Origin: Vicinamibacteria bacterium
GTDB lineage: Bacteria; Acidobacteriota; Vicinamibacteria; Marinacidobacterales; Marinacidobacteraceae
DNA: 64,000 nucleotides
Direction of reading: 5' to 3'
NCBI GenBank assembly: GCA_965199715.1
Contig: OZ241322.1
Location: 1,120,001-1,184,000 of the forward strand
Shown: positions 1 to 8,686 of the stretch, in pieces
Layout of the letters: each line of letters begins with the position of its first letter
Position numbering within the stretch: position 1 is the first letter of the stretch
The notes under the pieces: generated by a model
The model's database searches: none
Told to the model about the DNA's origin: nothing
What the model saw: only the letters and a program-made list of their open reading frames with translations
Position numbers and translations under genes: made by a program

Positions 1-200
1 CCGAGGTACAGCCAGTCGAAGCGCGAGACGAGGAAGGCGTGGACGCTCGCAAACGCGGCCGCCGCCTCGTCCCGGAACACGAGGGCGGCGACGACGAAGA
101 CGAGGATCGCCGCCGCCGAGCTGATGAAGACCGGCGGGTTGAAGTCCAGCCCGAAGCGGCGGACGTTGCCGCGCCCGGGCGCGTGCCGCGCTTCGGTCAG
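1..200 (-). CDS. BCCT-family (betaine/carnitine/choline) transporter, N-terminal part; runs off the window edge
   Basis: Hand translation LTEARHAPGRGNVRRFGLDFNPPVFISSAAAILVFVVAALVFRDEAAAAFASVHAFLVSRFDWLYL matches the BCCT N-terminal pattern. Not in the ORF track. Start uncertain (CTG at 200 overlapping the upstream TGA). Confidence 0.7.
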   Translation of the reverse strand, partial: MTEARHAPGRGNVRRFGLDFNPPVFISSAAAILVFVVAALVFRDEAAAAFASVHAFLVSRFDWLYL

Positions 201-1813
201 GACCGGGCCGTCCGCTGGTGCTGCCCCACGAACCCGACCACGACGCGACCGCCCTCCTCGCGCTCGAACGCGATGCGGATCGTGTGCCGGGGATTCTTCG
301 CCACGCCCTTGCCGATGTGCTTCCGCAGCTTCACGGCCTTTCCGTTCACCCGGGTTTCGTACCACGCCGGAGCGCTCCCCATCGTCACTTCCGACTGGTG
401 CGCCGTGTAGGACCAGCCGGGGCACGCCTCGCCGATGTCCTGCGCCCCCTCCTGGAATGAGGTCGCGAGCCACGCCAGCGCCTCGAAGACTTCCTGCGGC
501 TTCTCGTACTGCGTGTCCGCGTTGGACTTGTTGTTCAACGCGATCACGAGCTGGTCGGGGAACCGGTCGCGGGCGGCCTCGATGGCCTCGCGGACGTTCG
601 TGATCGCGATGGGAAGGTCGTCGGCTTGCTCGGGCCGCCGGCGTTTCTCCCGCTCGTAGGCGTCCCGCCAGACCGCCTCCTTCCGCCGGGCCTCGGCGAC
701 CTCCTCGGTCAGGCGCTTGATCTCCGCGTCGTTCGCCGACTCGCTGCGGGCGATTTGCTGGCGCAAGGACTCGATCTCCGCCTCGAGGTCGCGATCCGGC
801 TCGGGGGCCTCCTCGACGGCGGGCGCGGGTTCGGCCTTCTTCGGCTCCTCCCTCGGGGCGGCGGGCGGCGGCGACGCCGCGAGCTCGGTCCATCGGGCGG
901 ACATCTTCAGGATGCGCTCCTCGAGGGCGGTTCGCTGCGCCGCGCGTTCGACCTCTCCCGCGCGGGAGGGGGCCTGGGGCCGGATCCGCCCGTACTCCTC
1001 CATGCGCTCCCGCAGTTCCGCCAGGAACTCCAGCATGCCCCCGCACTCCGAGGGACGGGTCTCGACCACGCGCGGCCACGGATCGGGATCCACGCCGAGA
1101 TAGCGAAGGTCCGCGTCGAACTCGCTGCGCAGTCCGGCGCACAGCGCCGCGGCGCGCTCCTTGCCGCGGGCGAGCGCCTCGCGCCGCTTCCGGCCGCGGA
1201 TGTCCAGCAGCCAGCTCGCGAAGACGTCCACGTCGTTCCAGTCGGGAGCGTCCGGATCCAGCCCGTCCAGCGCGTCCTTCCACTCCTCGAACAGATTCGA
1301 GGTCAGCGGGGGCGACATCGGGAAGCGCCCGGCGACCAGGCACAGCATGAGTCCGGCGGCGTCGACCTCGACGGAGTCTTCGGTCCCGGCGAACTCCGCC
1401 TGGTGGCGCAGGAAGATTTCGCGCGGCCAGAACGAGTCGAACTCGCGAAACGACTCCCTGACGGCGACGCCGTTGGCGCGCAGATACGCCGCCGAACGCT
1501 CGCGCAGATCCTCCTCCGACTCCGCCCAGACCGCGAGCACCGCGTTCGCGAGCGTGAACCCGCGGCGATCGATCCGCTCCATCACCGGGCGTAAGAGCGT
1601 CTCGGGCTTGCGCACCCGGCTGGCGTCCCGGTGCCCCTTGACCGGGACGTTGCGCAGCGCCTGCTTCAGCCGCGGATCCGCCTTCTTTCCGTGACGCGCG
1701 AGGGCCCGCTTCACGACGGCGCGGCGCACCTCCTCGCCGACCAGCGGGAAGATGGCCGCGAGCGGGGTAAGGTCGCTTTCCGGGAAGAGCAGCTTCTCCT
1801 CGGCGGCGGGCAC
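197..1813 (-). CDS. Hypothetical protein, 538 aa: helical N-terminus, Pro-rich linker, coiled coil, C-terminal domain with RelE-like HIGKG...RIAF...VVVGFVGQH pattern
   Basis: Long ORF with normal amino-acid composition; fills the gap between the ABC permease and the BCCT gene. Confidence 0.85.
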   Translation of the reverse strand: MPAAEEKLLFPESDLTPLAAIFPLVGEEVRRAVVKRALARHGKKADPRLKQALRNVPVKGHRDASRVRKPETLLRPVMERIDRRGFTLANAVLAVWAESEEDLRERSAAYLRANGVAVRESFREFDSFWPREIFLRHQAEFAGTEDSVEVDAAGLMLCLVAGRFPMSPPLTSNLFEEWKDALDGLDPDAPDWNDVDVFASWLLDIRGRKRREALARGKERAAALCAGLRSEFDADLRYLGVDPDPWPRVVETRPSECGGMLEFLAELRERMEEYGRIRPQAPSRAGEVERAAQRTALEERILKMSARWTELAASPPPAAPREEPKKAEPAPAVEEAPEPDRDLEAEIESLRQQIARSESANDAEIKRLTEEVAEARRKEAVWRDAYEREKRRRPEQADDLPIAITNVREAIEAARDRFPDQLVIALNNKSNADTQYEKPQEVFEALAWLATSFQEGAQDIGEACPGWSYTAHQSEVTMGSAPAWYETRVNGKAVKLRKHIGKGVAKNPRHTIRIAFEREEGGRVVVGFVGQHQRTARS

Positions 1814-1823
1814 GGCGGCGGAC

Positions 1824-3023
1824 CTACTGCTCGCGAAGCGCTCCCACGACGCCGCGCCGGGCCGCGCCGATTGCGGGGGCGAGGCCGCCGAAGAATCCGA
1901 TGACGAGCGCGAGCGTGACGCCCTGGACCAGCAGCGCCGGGGTGACCCGGAACGCGAACGCGACCTGGCTGAAGGAGGCGAAGTTGATGGTCGCCGCCCG
2001 GAAGCCGTCGAAGAGCGCCCACGAGGCGGCGCCGCCGAGGAGCGCCCCGACCAGCGAGAACGCGAGCGACTCGGTCATCACCGACAGCACCACCGGAATT
2101 CGCGCGAACCCGAGCGCGCGCAACGTCGCGATCTCGCGCGAGCGGCTGGAGACCGCCGCGTACATGGTGTTCAGCGCCGCGAAGATCGCGCCCACGGCCA
2201 TCATGCTCACGATGAACCAGCCGAGGACGGTGATGAGCACCTCCATCGGCCGCGACTGCTCGGCGAGGTACTCGGTCTCCGGCTGGACGGCGACGTTGAC
2301 GCGGGGGTCGTCCTCGAGGAACGTGCGGAAGCCCTCGTAGGCCTCGGGGTCCGTCAGCCGCACGAGCACCGAATTCGAGGAGTTGCCGCGCTGGTACACG
2401 TCGGCGAGGATGCGGTTGTCGGTCCATATCTCCGACTCGGAGACGCCGCCCCCGCCGGCGAAATGGCCGACGACCTCCCAGTCCGCCGTTCCCACGTCGA
2501 TGCGGTCGCCGATGCGCAGGCCCTCGAACGACTCCACCGCCCCCACGCCGACGATGACCTCGTTGCGCCCCGCCTCGAACATGCGCCCGGCGACCACCTC
2601 GACCGAGTCGCGGACTTCCAGCACGCCCTCGCCCACGCCCCGCAGCGGGACGTTGGCCTGGGTCCCGGTCCCGATCTTCCGCCGGTCGATGACCACGAAG
2701 AGCTCGGCGGACGCCGCCGGGCCGGACGCGCCGCGCGCCACGCCGGGAGCCTCCTCGACCGCCTGGACCTCCTGCCGGCTGAGGATGCTCATGGACTCGG
2801 CGGTCGAGCCGCTGCGAAGCACGATCGCGAGGTCGTCGCGCGCCTGCGACTCCGCGACCTGGCGGAACCCGGCCGCCATCGAGAGCACGGCGACGAGCAC
2901 GCCGACGACGCCGGCGACTCCGAAGACCGCGACCGCCGAGGAGGAGCGCCGCTGCCAGATGGTCTGCAGGTTGTAGACGGAGACCGCCCAGCACTGCTTG
3001 ACGAACGAGGCGATCCGGCGCAT
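1824..3023 (-). CDS. ABC transporter permease (MacB/FtsX-like)
   Basis: Start MRRIASF at ATG 3023 overlaps the upstream TGA; AALNTMYAAVSSRSREIATLRALGF FtsX motif; four-TM pattern. Confidence 0.92.
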   Translation of the reverse strand: MRRIASFVKQCWAVSVYNLQTIWQRRSSSAVAVFGVAGVVGVLVAVLSMAAGFRQVAESQARDDLAIVLRSGSTAESMSILSRQEVQAVEEAPGVARGASGPAASAELFVVIDRRKIGTGTQANVPLRGVGEGVLEVRDSVEVVAGRMFEAGRNEVIVGVGAVESFEGLRIGDRIDVGTADWEVVGHFAGGGGVSESEIWTDNRILADVYQRGNSSNSVLVRLTDPEAYEGFRTFLEDDPRVNVAVQPETEYLAEQSRPMEVLITVLGWFIVSMMAVGAIFAALNTMYAAVSSRSREIATLRALGFARIPVVLSVMTESLAFSLVGALLGGAASWALFDGFRAATINFASFSQVAFAFRVTPALLVQGVTLALVIGFFGGLAPAIGAARRGVVGALREQ

Positions 3024-4183
3024 CACAACCGCCTCAGCGCCATCGCGGTCTGGAGTCGCATCGCCTTGCGCGCCGGGAAGACCCCGACGACGACGCCGGT
3101 GAGGACCGCGAGGATCACGCCGACGACGGCGTCCTGCGGACGCAGGTAGAACGCGGGGAAGAACTGCGCGACCGCGGACGCGAGCGCCTCGCCGGCGCCG
3201 ATCGCGAGCAGCAGGCCGACCACGCCGGCGGTCGTCACGAGCACGACCGACTCGAGCAGGACGAGCCGCATCACTTGGTGGCCGCTGAACCCGAGCGCCT
3301 TCAGGAGGCCGATCTCGCCGACGCGCTCGCGGACCGACTGCGCCATGGTGTTGCCGGCGACCAGCAGGATCGTGAAGAAGACCGCTCCGAGGATCGAGGT
3401 CACGATGAGGCCGATGTTCCCGATCTGGTTCGCGAACCCGGCGGCGAACGCGCCTTCGGGCTCCGACTTGGTCTCCGCGGGCGAGTTCTGGAAGAGAGCG
3501 TCGATCTCGCCCGCGATCTCGGGCGCCCGGTCGGGGTCGGCCACCCGGACCATGTACCAGCCGATCTCGCCCCGTCCGAACGAGCGCGCCTCGTCGAACA
3601 TGTCGTAGCGAAAGATGAACTGGCTTCGGTCGAAGCCCTCCACCTCGGTGTCGTACACGCCGACGATCTCGAACTCCCACGCCTGGTCCTGCCTGTTCCG
3701 CTGCCGCCAGATCGTGGGCTGGATCGGAATGCGGTCCCCCACTTCCCAGCCGAAGCGCTCGACGAGCCCGCGCCCGACGACGACGCCGTCGCGGGTCTCG
3801 GTCCAGCGCTGGCGGGCCGCCTGCGAGAGATCGATCTCCGGGTACATGTCGAGGTACTCGAGCGGCTTCGCCGGCGACTGCATGAAGAAGTTGGAGGGGT
3901 CCTGATAGACGCCGCCGAACCACGTCATGTGCATGGCGTCCACGACCCCCGGGATTTTCTCGATCTCGGCCTCGTAGGTCTCGGGGAGCATCTGGAACAA
4001 CGAGACCCGGTGGCGCACCACGAGCCGCTGCTCGTTCGCGATATCGACCCCGGCGGCGAACGCGGTGCGCAGCATCGAGAGCATCCCGAACATGAAGAAC
4101 GCCACCAGCACCGACATGAAGGTGAGCATCGTGCGGGTCTTGCGGCGGCGGAGCGCCGCGCCGATCAGGGGGAGATCTCGCAT
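3023..4183 (-). CDS. ABC transporter permease (MacB/FtsX-like)
   Basis: NTMAQSVRERVGEIGLLKALGF motif; periplasmic domain plus C-terminal TMs. Confidence 0.92.
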   Translation of the reverse strand: MRDLPLIGAALRRRKTRTMLTFMSVLVAFFMFGMLSMLRTAFAAGVDIANEQRLVVRHRVSLFQMLPETYEAEIEKIPGVVDAMHMTWFGGVYQDPSNFFMQSPAKPLEYLDMYPEIDLSQAARQRWTETRDGVVVGRGLVERFGWEVGDRIPIQPTIWRQRNRQDQAWEFEIVGVYDTEVEGFDRSQFIFRYDMFDEARSFGRGEIGWYMVRVADPDRAPEIAGEIDALFQNSPAETKSEPEGAFAAGFANQIGNIGLIVTSILGAVFFTILLVAGNTMAQSVRERVGEIGLLKALGFSGHQVMRLVLLESVVLVTTAGVVGLLLAIGAGEALASAVAQFFPAFYLRPQDAVVGVILAVLTGVVVGVFPARKAMRLQTAMALRRL

Positions 4184-4893
4184 GGCTCATGCTCCTCCGA
4201 GCGCAGCCGCCCGTCCTCGAGGTGCAGCGTCCGCGAGGCCCGCTCGGCGGCCAGCGGATCGTGGGTGACCATCAGGATGGTCTTGCCCTGGTCGCGGTTC
4301 AGGATCGCGAGCAGGTCGAGGATCTCGCCGGTGTTGCGCCGGTCGAGGTCGCCGGTGGGCTCGTCGCAGACCAGGAGGTTGGGGTCGTTCACCAGCGCCC
4401 GGGCGATCCCGACTCGCTGCTGCTCGCCGCCCGACAGTTCGCGGGGATAGTGCTTGCCCCGGTCCGAAAGGCCCACCACGTCGAGCGCGAGGTCCACCCG
4501 GCGGCGCCGCTCGCGGGAGGAGAGCGAGGTCAGCAGCAGGGGCACGGAGACGTTGCCGCGGGCGCTGAGCGCGCCGAGCAGGTTCGCGAACTGGAACACG
4601 AACCCGATGTTGCGCGCCCGGAACGCCGCGAGCCGGCGTTCCGGGAGCGAGTGGATCGGCTGGTCGGCCACGACCACCTCGCCGCTGGTCGGGCGGTCCA
4701 GCCCCGCGATGAGGTTGAGGAGGGTGGACTTGCCGGATCCCGACGGCCCCATCAGCGCGAGGAACTCGCCTTGCGGCATCGCGAGCGTGAGTTCGCGCAG
4801 CACCGGCACCTTGCGCTTGCCCTGGCGGAACGTGCGCGTGACCGATTGGACCCGGACCATCGGCCGGGCTCCATTCTCGGGGTTGTCGGTCAT
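4165..4893 (-). CDS. ABC transporter ATP-binding protein (LolD/MacB-like)
   Basis: Walker A GPSGSGKST, LSGGEQQR signature, DEPTG Walker B, VTHD switch. Confidence 0.95.
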   Translation of the reverse strand: MTDNPENGARPMVRVQSVTRTFRQGKRKVPVLRELTLAMPQGEFLALMGPSGSGKSTLLNLIAGLDRPTSGEVVVADQPIHSLPERRLAAFRARNIGFVFQFANLLGALSARGNVSVPLLLTSLSSRERRRRVDLALDVVGLSDRGKHYPRELSGGEQQRVGIARALVNDPNLLVCDEPTGDLDRRNTGEILDLLAILNRDQGKTILMVTHDPLAAERASRTLHLEDGRLRSEEHEPCEISP

Positions 4894-4905
4894 GTCGTTC
4901 CTTTC

Positions 4906-6144
4906 TCAGGAGGAGGTCCGCTCCATGACCTCGTCGCCGTCGGCGAGCCCCTCGGGGCCCTCGACGACCACGCGGTCGCCCTCGGCGAGGCCGGAGAGCA
5001 CGAACACGCTCTCGCCCTGCGCGTCGCCGATCCGGATGGCGCGCCGCTGGACCCGGCCGTCCCGGACCAGCAGCACGAGATCGCGCCCGGTGTCCGCGAA
5101 GACGGCCGCCCGGGGCAGCAACAGCCCCTCGGGGGCCTCGGATGGGGCCGCCTCGGCCGAGCGGAAGCTCACCTTGACGCCCATGTCGGGGAGGATGCGG
5201 TCGTCGAGCTCCTCGAAGCCGATGCGGACCCGGACGGTGGCGCGATCCCGGTCCGCCGTCGGGATGATCGCGATGACCCGCGCGGGGATCGTCCAGTCGG
5301 CGTAGGAGTCGAGGACCGCGTCCACCGGCTGCCCGGGAGCGACTCGGTTGATGAACGCCTCGTTGACGTCCACTTCGATCTCCCGCGAGCCCATGTCCAC
5401 GATGGTGCCGACGCCGGTGCGGGTGAAGCCGCCGCCGCCCGCGATCGGCGACATCATCTCGCCCGGCTGGGCGTTCTTCGCGGTGATGACCCCGGCGAAC
5501 GGGGCGCGCACCACGGTGTCGTCGATCTGTTGGCGAATCACGTCGATCTGGCGCTCGGCGACTTCGATGTCCTCTTGCTGGCGCGCGACCCGCGCCTCCA
5601 GCGTGGCGACCTCGCCGTCCACGCCGTCGAGGTCGGCCTGCCCGGAGACGCGTTCGGCGACGAGCCGGCGCGTCCGATTCTGACGCAATCGCGCCTCGAC
5701 GAGCTGCGCCTCGACCTCGGCGACCATCTTTCGGGCCGAGGCCGCCCGAGCCCGGGCCAACTGCATGCTGCGGTCGAGGTTGGAGGAATCCAGCCGCGCG
5801 AGCGTCTGGCCTTCCTCGACCTCCATGCCCTCCTCGATGAGGATCTCGACGATCTGGCCCGCGGCCTTCGAGGACACGGTCGCCCGCCGCCGCGCGGTCA
5901 CGTAGCCGCTCGCGTTCAGGACGGTCGTGCCCGCGGACACCGAGGCGGCGCGGACGCGGGCGGTGCGGACCTCCTTGACGTCGGCGTCCGAGGCGAGCAG
6001 CGAGAAGGCGGCGACGCCCCCGCCGAACACCAGCGCGACTCCGACGATGGCCACCCAGATGGCGGCCGCTCGGCTCCCACCGCGTTCCTCCTCGTCGATG
6101 CGCAGTTCTCCCAGCCGATCCGCGGGTCTGGAATCCTTGCTCAC
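4906..6144 (-). CDS. Efflux periplasmic adaptor subunit (MacA/HlyD-like membrane fusion protein)
   Basis: N-terminal TM, VLNASGYV, lipoyl half-motifs (EEGMEVEEGQ; RAPFAGVI), helical hairpin. Confidence 0.92.
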   Translation of the reverse strand: MSKDSRPADRLGELRIDEEERGGSRAAAIWVAIVGVALVFGGGVAAFSLLASDADVKEVRTARVRAASVSAGTTVLNASGYVTARRRATVSSKAAGQIVEILIEEGMEVEEGQTLARLDSSNLDRSMQLARARAASARKMVAEVEAQLVEARLRQNRTRRLVAERVSGQADLDGVDGEVATLEARVARQQEDIEVAERQIDVIRQQIDDTVVRAPFAGVITAKNAQPGEMMSPIAGGGGFTRTGVGTIVDMGSREIEVDVNEAFINRVAPGQPVDAVLDSYADWTIPARVIAIIPTADRDRATVRVRIGFEELDDRILPDMGVKVSFRSAEAAPSEAPEGLLLPRAAVFADTGRDLVLLVRDGRVQRRAIRIGDAQGESVFVLSGLAEGDRVVVEGPEGLADGDEVMERTSS

Positions 6145-6229
6145 GTTGAATTCACGGTACGCCGGAGGACGGGCGAGGTTCCGTTGGCGGGCGGGTCAGT
6201 CTATCGCCGGGGGTCGCCCAGCCGTCCGC

Positions 6230-6460
6230 TCAAGCTGCGAGCCCTCGGGCCTCCGTCGACGCCATTCGCGCGAAATGCGCGAGGTCATTGCGCAGTCGGT
6301 GGATCTCCTTGACGTCCTCTCGGTCCCGTCCGGTCCATTTCAAGGACACCATGGTGGTGTGAAGGTCCGTCACGTCGAGCTCCTCGATCTCCTTTCCTTC
6401 GTTCCTGGCGCAGTTCGCGCGGTCGGCGATGAAGCGTTCGGTCCCGTCGTTGACGACCGG
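6230..6460 (-). pseudogene. C-terminal gene remnant with HEPN-like RxxxxH motif (RLRNDLAH)
   Basis: Frame of ORF 6230..6820 reads PVVNDGTERFIADR...IEELDVTDLH...KEIHRLRNDLAHF; visibly lower GC than flanks; lacks a plausible full-length start. Confidence 0.45.
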
Positions 6461-7362
6461 GGCTCCAGCCGGACGGTCTCCCCGAGACCGTTCTCGAAAC
6501 GGTCGCCCCCGAGCGGGCGCAGCTCCATGACGGCGGAGCAGTCGTGTATCACGCCGGACCGCCACTTGAGCGGCGACGTTCCGAAAGGTTTGGCCGAGCG
6601 CTCGGCGGCGGGGAGGTCGGCCGCCATACGGCCGCGCCAGAGGCCGATCGTGGAGGCCGGCGCAGTCGCCTCGAGGCTCTCGAACACGGCGCATTCCCGC
6701 GACGCGCCCTCCGGTTCGAGCCTCATCAGGAGCAGGCAGGCGTCCACTTCGACCCGGAAGCGCTCCCGGGCGTCGATGAGGTGGTTCGCCGCGTCGCGCA
6801 CGGCGAACCGCCGCCGCCACGACTCAAGGAGGACCTTCCGCGCCACCGCCGTCTTGCAGAGGATGGCCAGCCAGCCGTTGCGGCCGTCCGCGCTCTCCAG
6901 CAGGCGCACGAGCATCCACCCCGAGACGTCGAAGTTGCTCTTTCCGGTCATGGCGTCGAGGCCGTGGAGACGGCCCGCGTTGCTCCTCGGCGGGGAGTTC
7001 GTTCCGTCGAGAGCGCCGAGCGCCGCCGTCGTCACCCATGGGGGGTCGCCGAGGATGACGGTTGGCTCCGGGAGGCGCGCCAGCACGTCGCGCCGGTCGG
7101 TCTCGAAGAAGTCCGCTTGGTGGACGGCGGCCGTCGGCGCGTCGCGCGCGGCGGTCACGTGCCGGGGGTCCCGGTCGTAGCCGAGTCGCGTCGGGCAGCG
7201 GGGGAACGCCGCGGACGCGGCCCGGAGGAACGAGCCCGCGCCGCAGGTGGGCTCGAGGACCGCTTCGGGCGCGACGCCGACGCGCTTGAGCAACGCGCAG
7301 ACGCGGCGAGCGAGGGGCGGCGGCGTCTGGAAGTCGCGGAGCTCGATCCGGCGACGGGTCAC
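6370..7362 (-). pseudogene. Truncated SAM-dependent amino (N6-A/N4-C) DNA methyltransferase
   Basis: GTG start overlaps the upstream TGA; DFQTP, motif I LEPTCGAGSF, motif IV GDPPW, GKSNFDVS, KWRSGVIHDC. Similarity ends abruptly after ENGLGETVRLEP (~6460). Confidence 0.7.
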
Positions 7363-8051
7363 CGCGGGCGGCGGACCAGGAACGGGGCCGCCACCAGCGC
7401 GAACGCCACGAGCCCGACCACCTCCAGCACCGGCAAGTACCAGGGCCACGGCAGGAAGAAGAATGGGTTCACCGTGCCGGTCGGCGGGGCGCACAGGTAC
7501 ATGTAGTTCGCGTCGAGCGCCAGGTTGGCGAGCGCCACCGGGACGGCCATCACATGGAGCCAGGCGAACGCCTTCACGAGCGCCCTTCCGGTGGGGCGCA
7601 TGCCGAGCCCGAAGGTCGCGACGAGCATGCCGGTGACGATGCCGCCGTGGGCGACGAAGTACTGGAAGAAGCGGTACTGGGGGAAGCCGGCGTCCATGTT
7701 GCCGGGGGTGATGAGCGCGATCCCGGCGCCCGCGACGCCCCAGAACCAGGCGATCTCGTAGGCGCCGCGGCTCCCGCGCACGAGAGTGATCGCGGTCAGG
7801 AACACCGCCACGCCGCACAGATGAAACGGCAGGTGGTTGCGCAGGAATCCGTCGAGGCCGAGTTGGACGACGCGCACGCTCCACCAGGCGAACTCGTTCA
7901 GCAGCAGCGTTCCGGCGAGTCCGTAGCGGACCGCGTCCCGGACCGGGGCGGGGCCCCGCCGGACCAGCGCGATCAGCGCGACGGCGACGAGGGCGATGAC
8001 CCCGAGCGCCGCGAGGTGCGGGACTCCGAAGGTCTGGAACCCGCCGCTCAC
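7359..8051 (-). CDS. YwaF/TMEM164-family integral membrane protein
   Basis: FGVPHL, LPFHLC, FFQYFVAHG, ANYMYL and PWPWY motifs; GTGA overlap start. Confidence 0.88.
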   Translation of the reverse strand: MSGGFQTFGVPHLAALGVIALVAVALIALVRRGPAPVRDAVRYGLAGTLLLNEFAWWSVRVVQLGLDGFLRNHLPFHLCGVAVFLTAITLVRGSRGAYEIAWFWGVAGAGIALITPGNMDAGFPQYRFFQYFVAHGGIVTGMLVATFGLGMRPTGRALVKAFAWLHVMAVPVALANLALDANYMYLCAPPTGTVNPFFFLPWPWYLPVLEVVGLVAFALVAAPFLVRRPR

Positions 8052-8686
8052 CGCTCGGGCACGTCCGCGCTTCCGGGGAGTTCGAGCAGCGCGCCGTAGC
8101 CGGCGCAGACCGGATCGTCCACGTAGTCCGGGATCAGCCCCTTCGGCCGGAATCCGATGCGAAGTTGGACCGTGATCGTCGGATCGGCGCGTTCGCCGGC
8201 GACCAGCTCTTCGTAGTACCGCTTCGCATCGATGCGCCCGGCGAGCGCGCCGTATCCGGCGAGCAGGCCCACCGTGACCTGCCCCTTGAGGCCGAGCCGC
8301 CGGACGAGCCGCTGGCGCGCCGCGTAGAGCGCCCGCCCGACGCCGCGGCGCCGCCACGCCGGCAGGACTCCGAGATCCGCGCCGTAGAGCCACGCGCCGT
8401 CCGAGTCGTGGACCGTCAGCCGGCCGTCTCCGAAGATCTGCGGGAACGAGTGCCGCCCGCGAGCCAAACTCTCGCCGACGCGCAGCGTCGTGGTCGCGCC
8501 GATGACTTCGTCGCCGGCGACGGCGACGAGCTGCCCCTCGGGGAACATCCCGATGTGGCTGCGGTAGTGCTCGGCGCAATAGCGCTGGTCGGCGGCGAGC
8601 GTCGGAAAGACGACTTCCTGGAGCGCCGCCAGCGCGTCGGCCTGCTCCGGAGCGGCGCGGACGACCCGGAAGGGCCGGGCGCTCAC
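8048..8686 (-). CDS. GNAT-family N-acetyltransferase
   Basis: FPEGQLVA, LYGADLGVLPAWRRRGVGRALY acetyl-CoA motif, DPTITVQLRIGF; GTGA overlap start. Confidence 0.88.
   Translation of the reverse strand: MSARPFRVVRAAPEQADALAALQEVVFPTLAADQRYCAEHYRSHIGMFPEGQLVAVAGDEVIGATTTLRVGESLARGRHSFPQIFGDGRLTVHDSDGAWLYGADLGVLPAWRRRGVGRALYAARQRLVRRLGLKGQVTVGLLAGYGALAGRIDAKRYYEELVAGERADPTITVQLRIGFRPKGLIPDYVDDPVCAGYGALLELPGSADVPER

Noticed and set aside
1824-6144. ABC exporter with two permeases as a novel system
   Set aside because: Adaptor + ATPase + two FtsX-like permeases is a common MacAB-like arrangement.
6370-7362. Active restriction-modification system
   Set aside because: The methyltransferase is truncated and no restriction endonuclease gene is adjacent.
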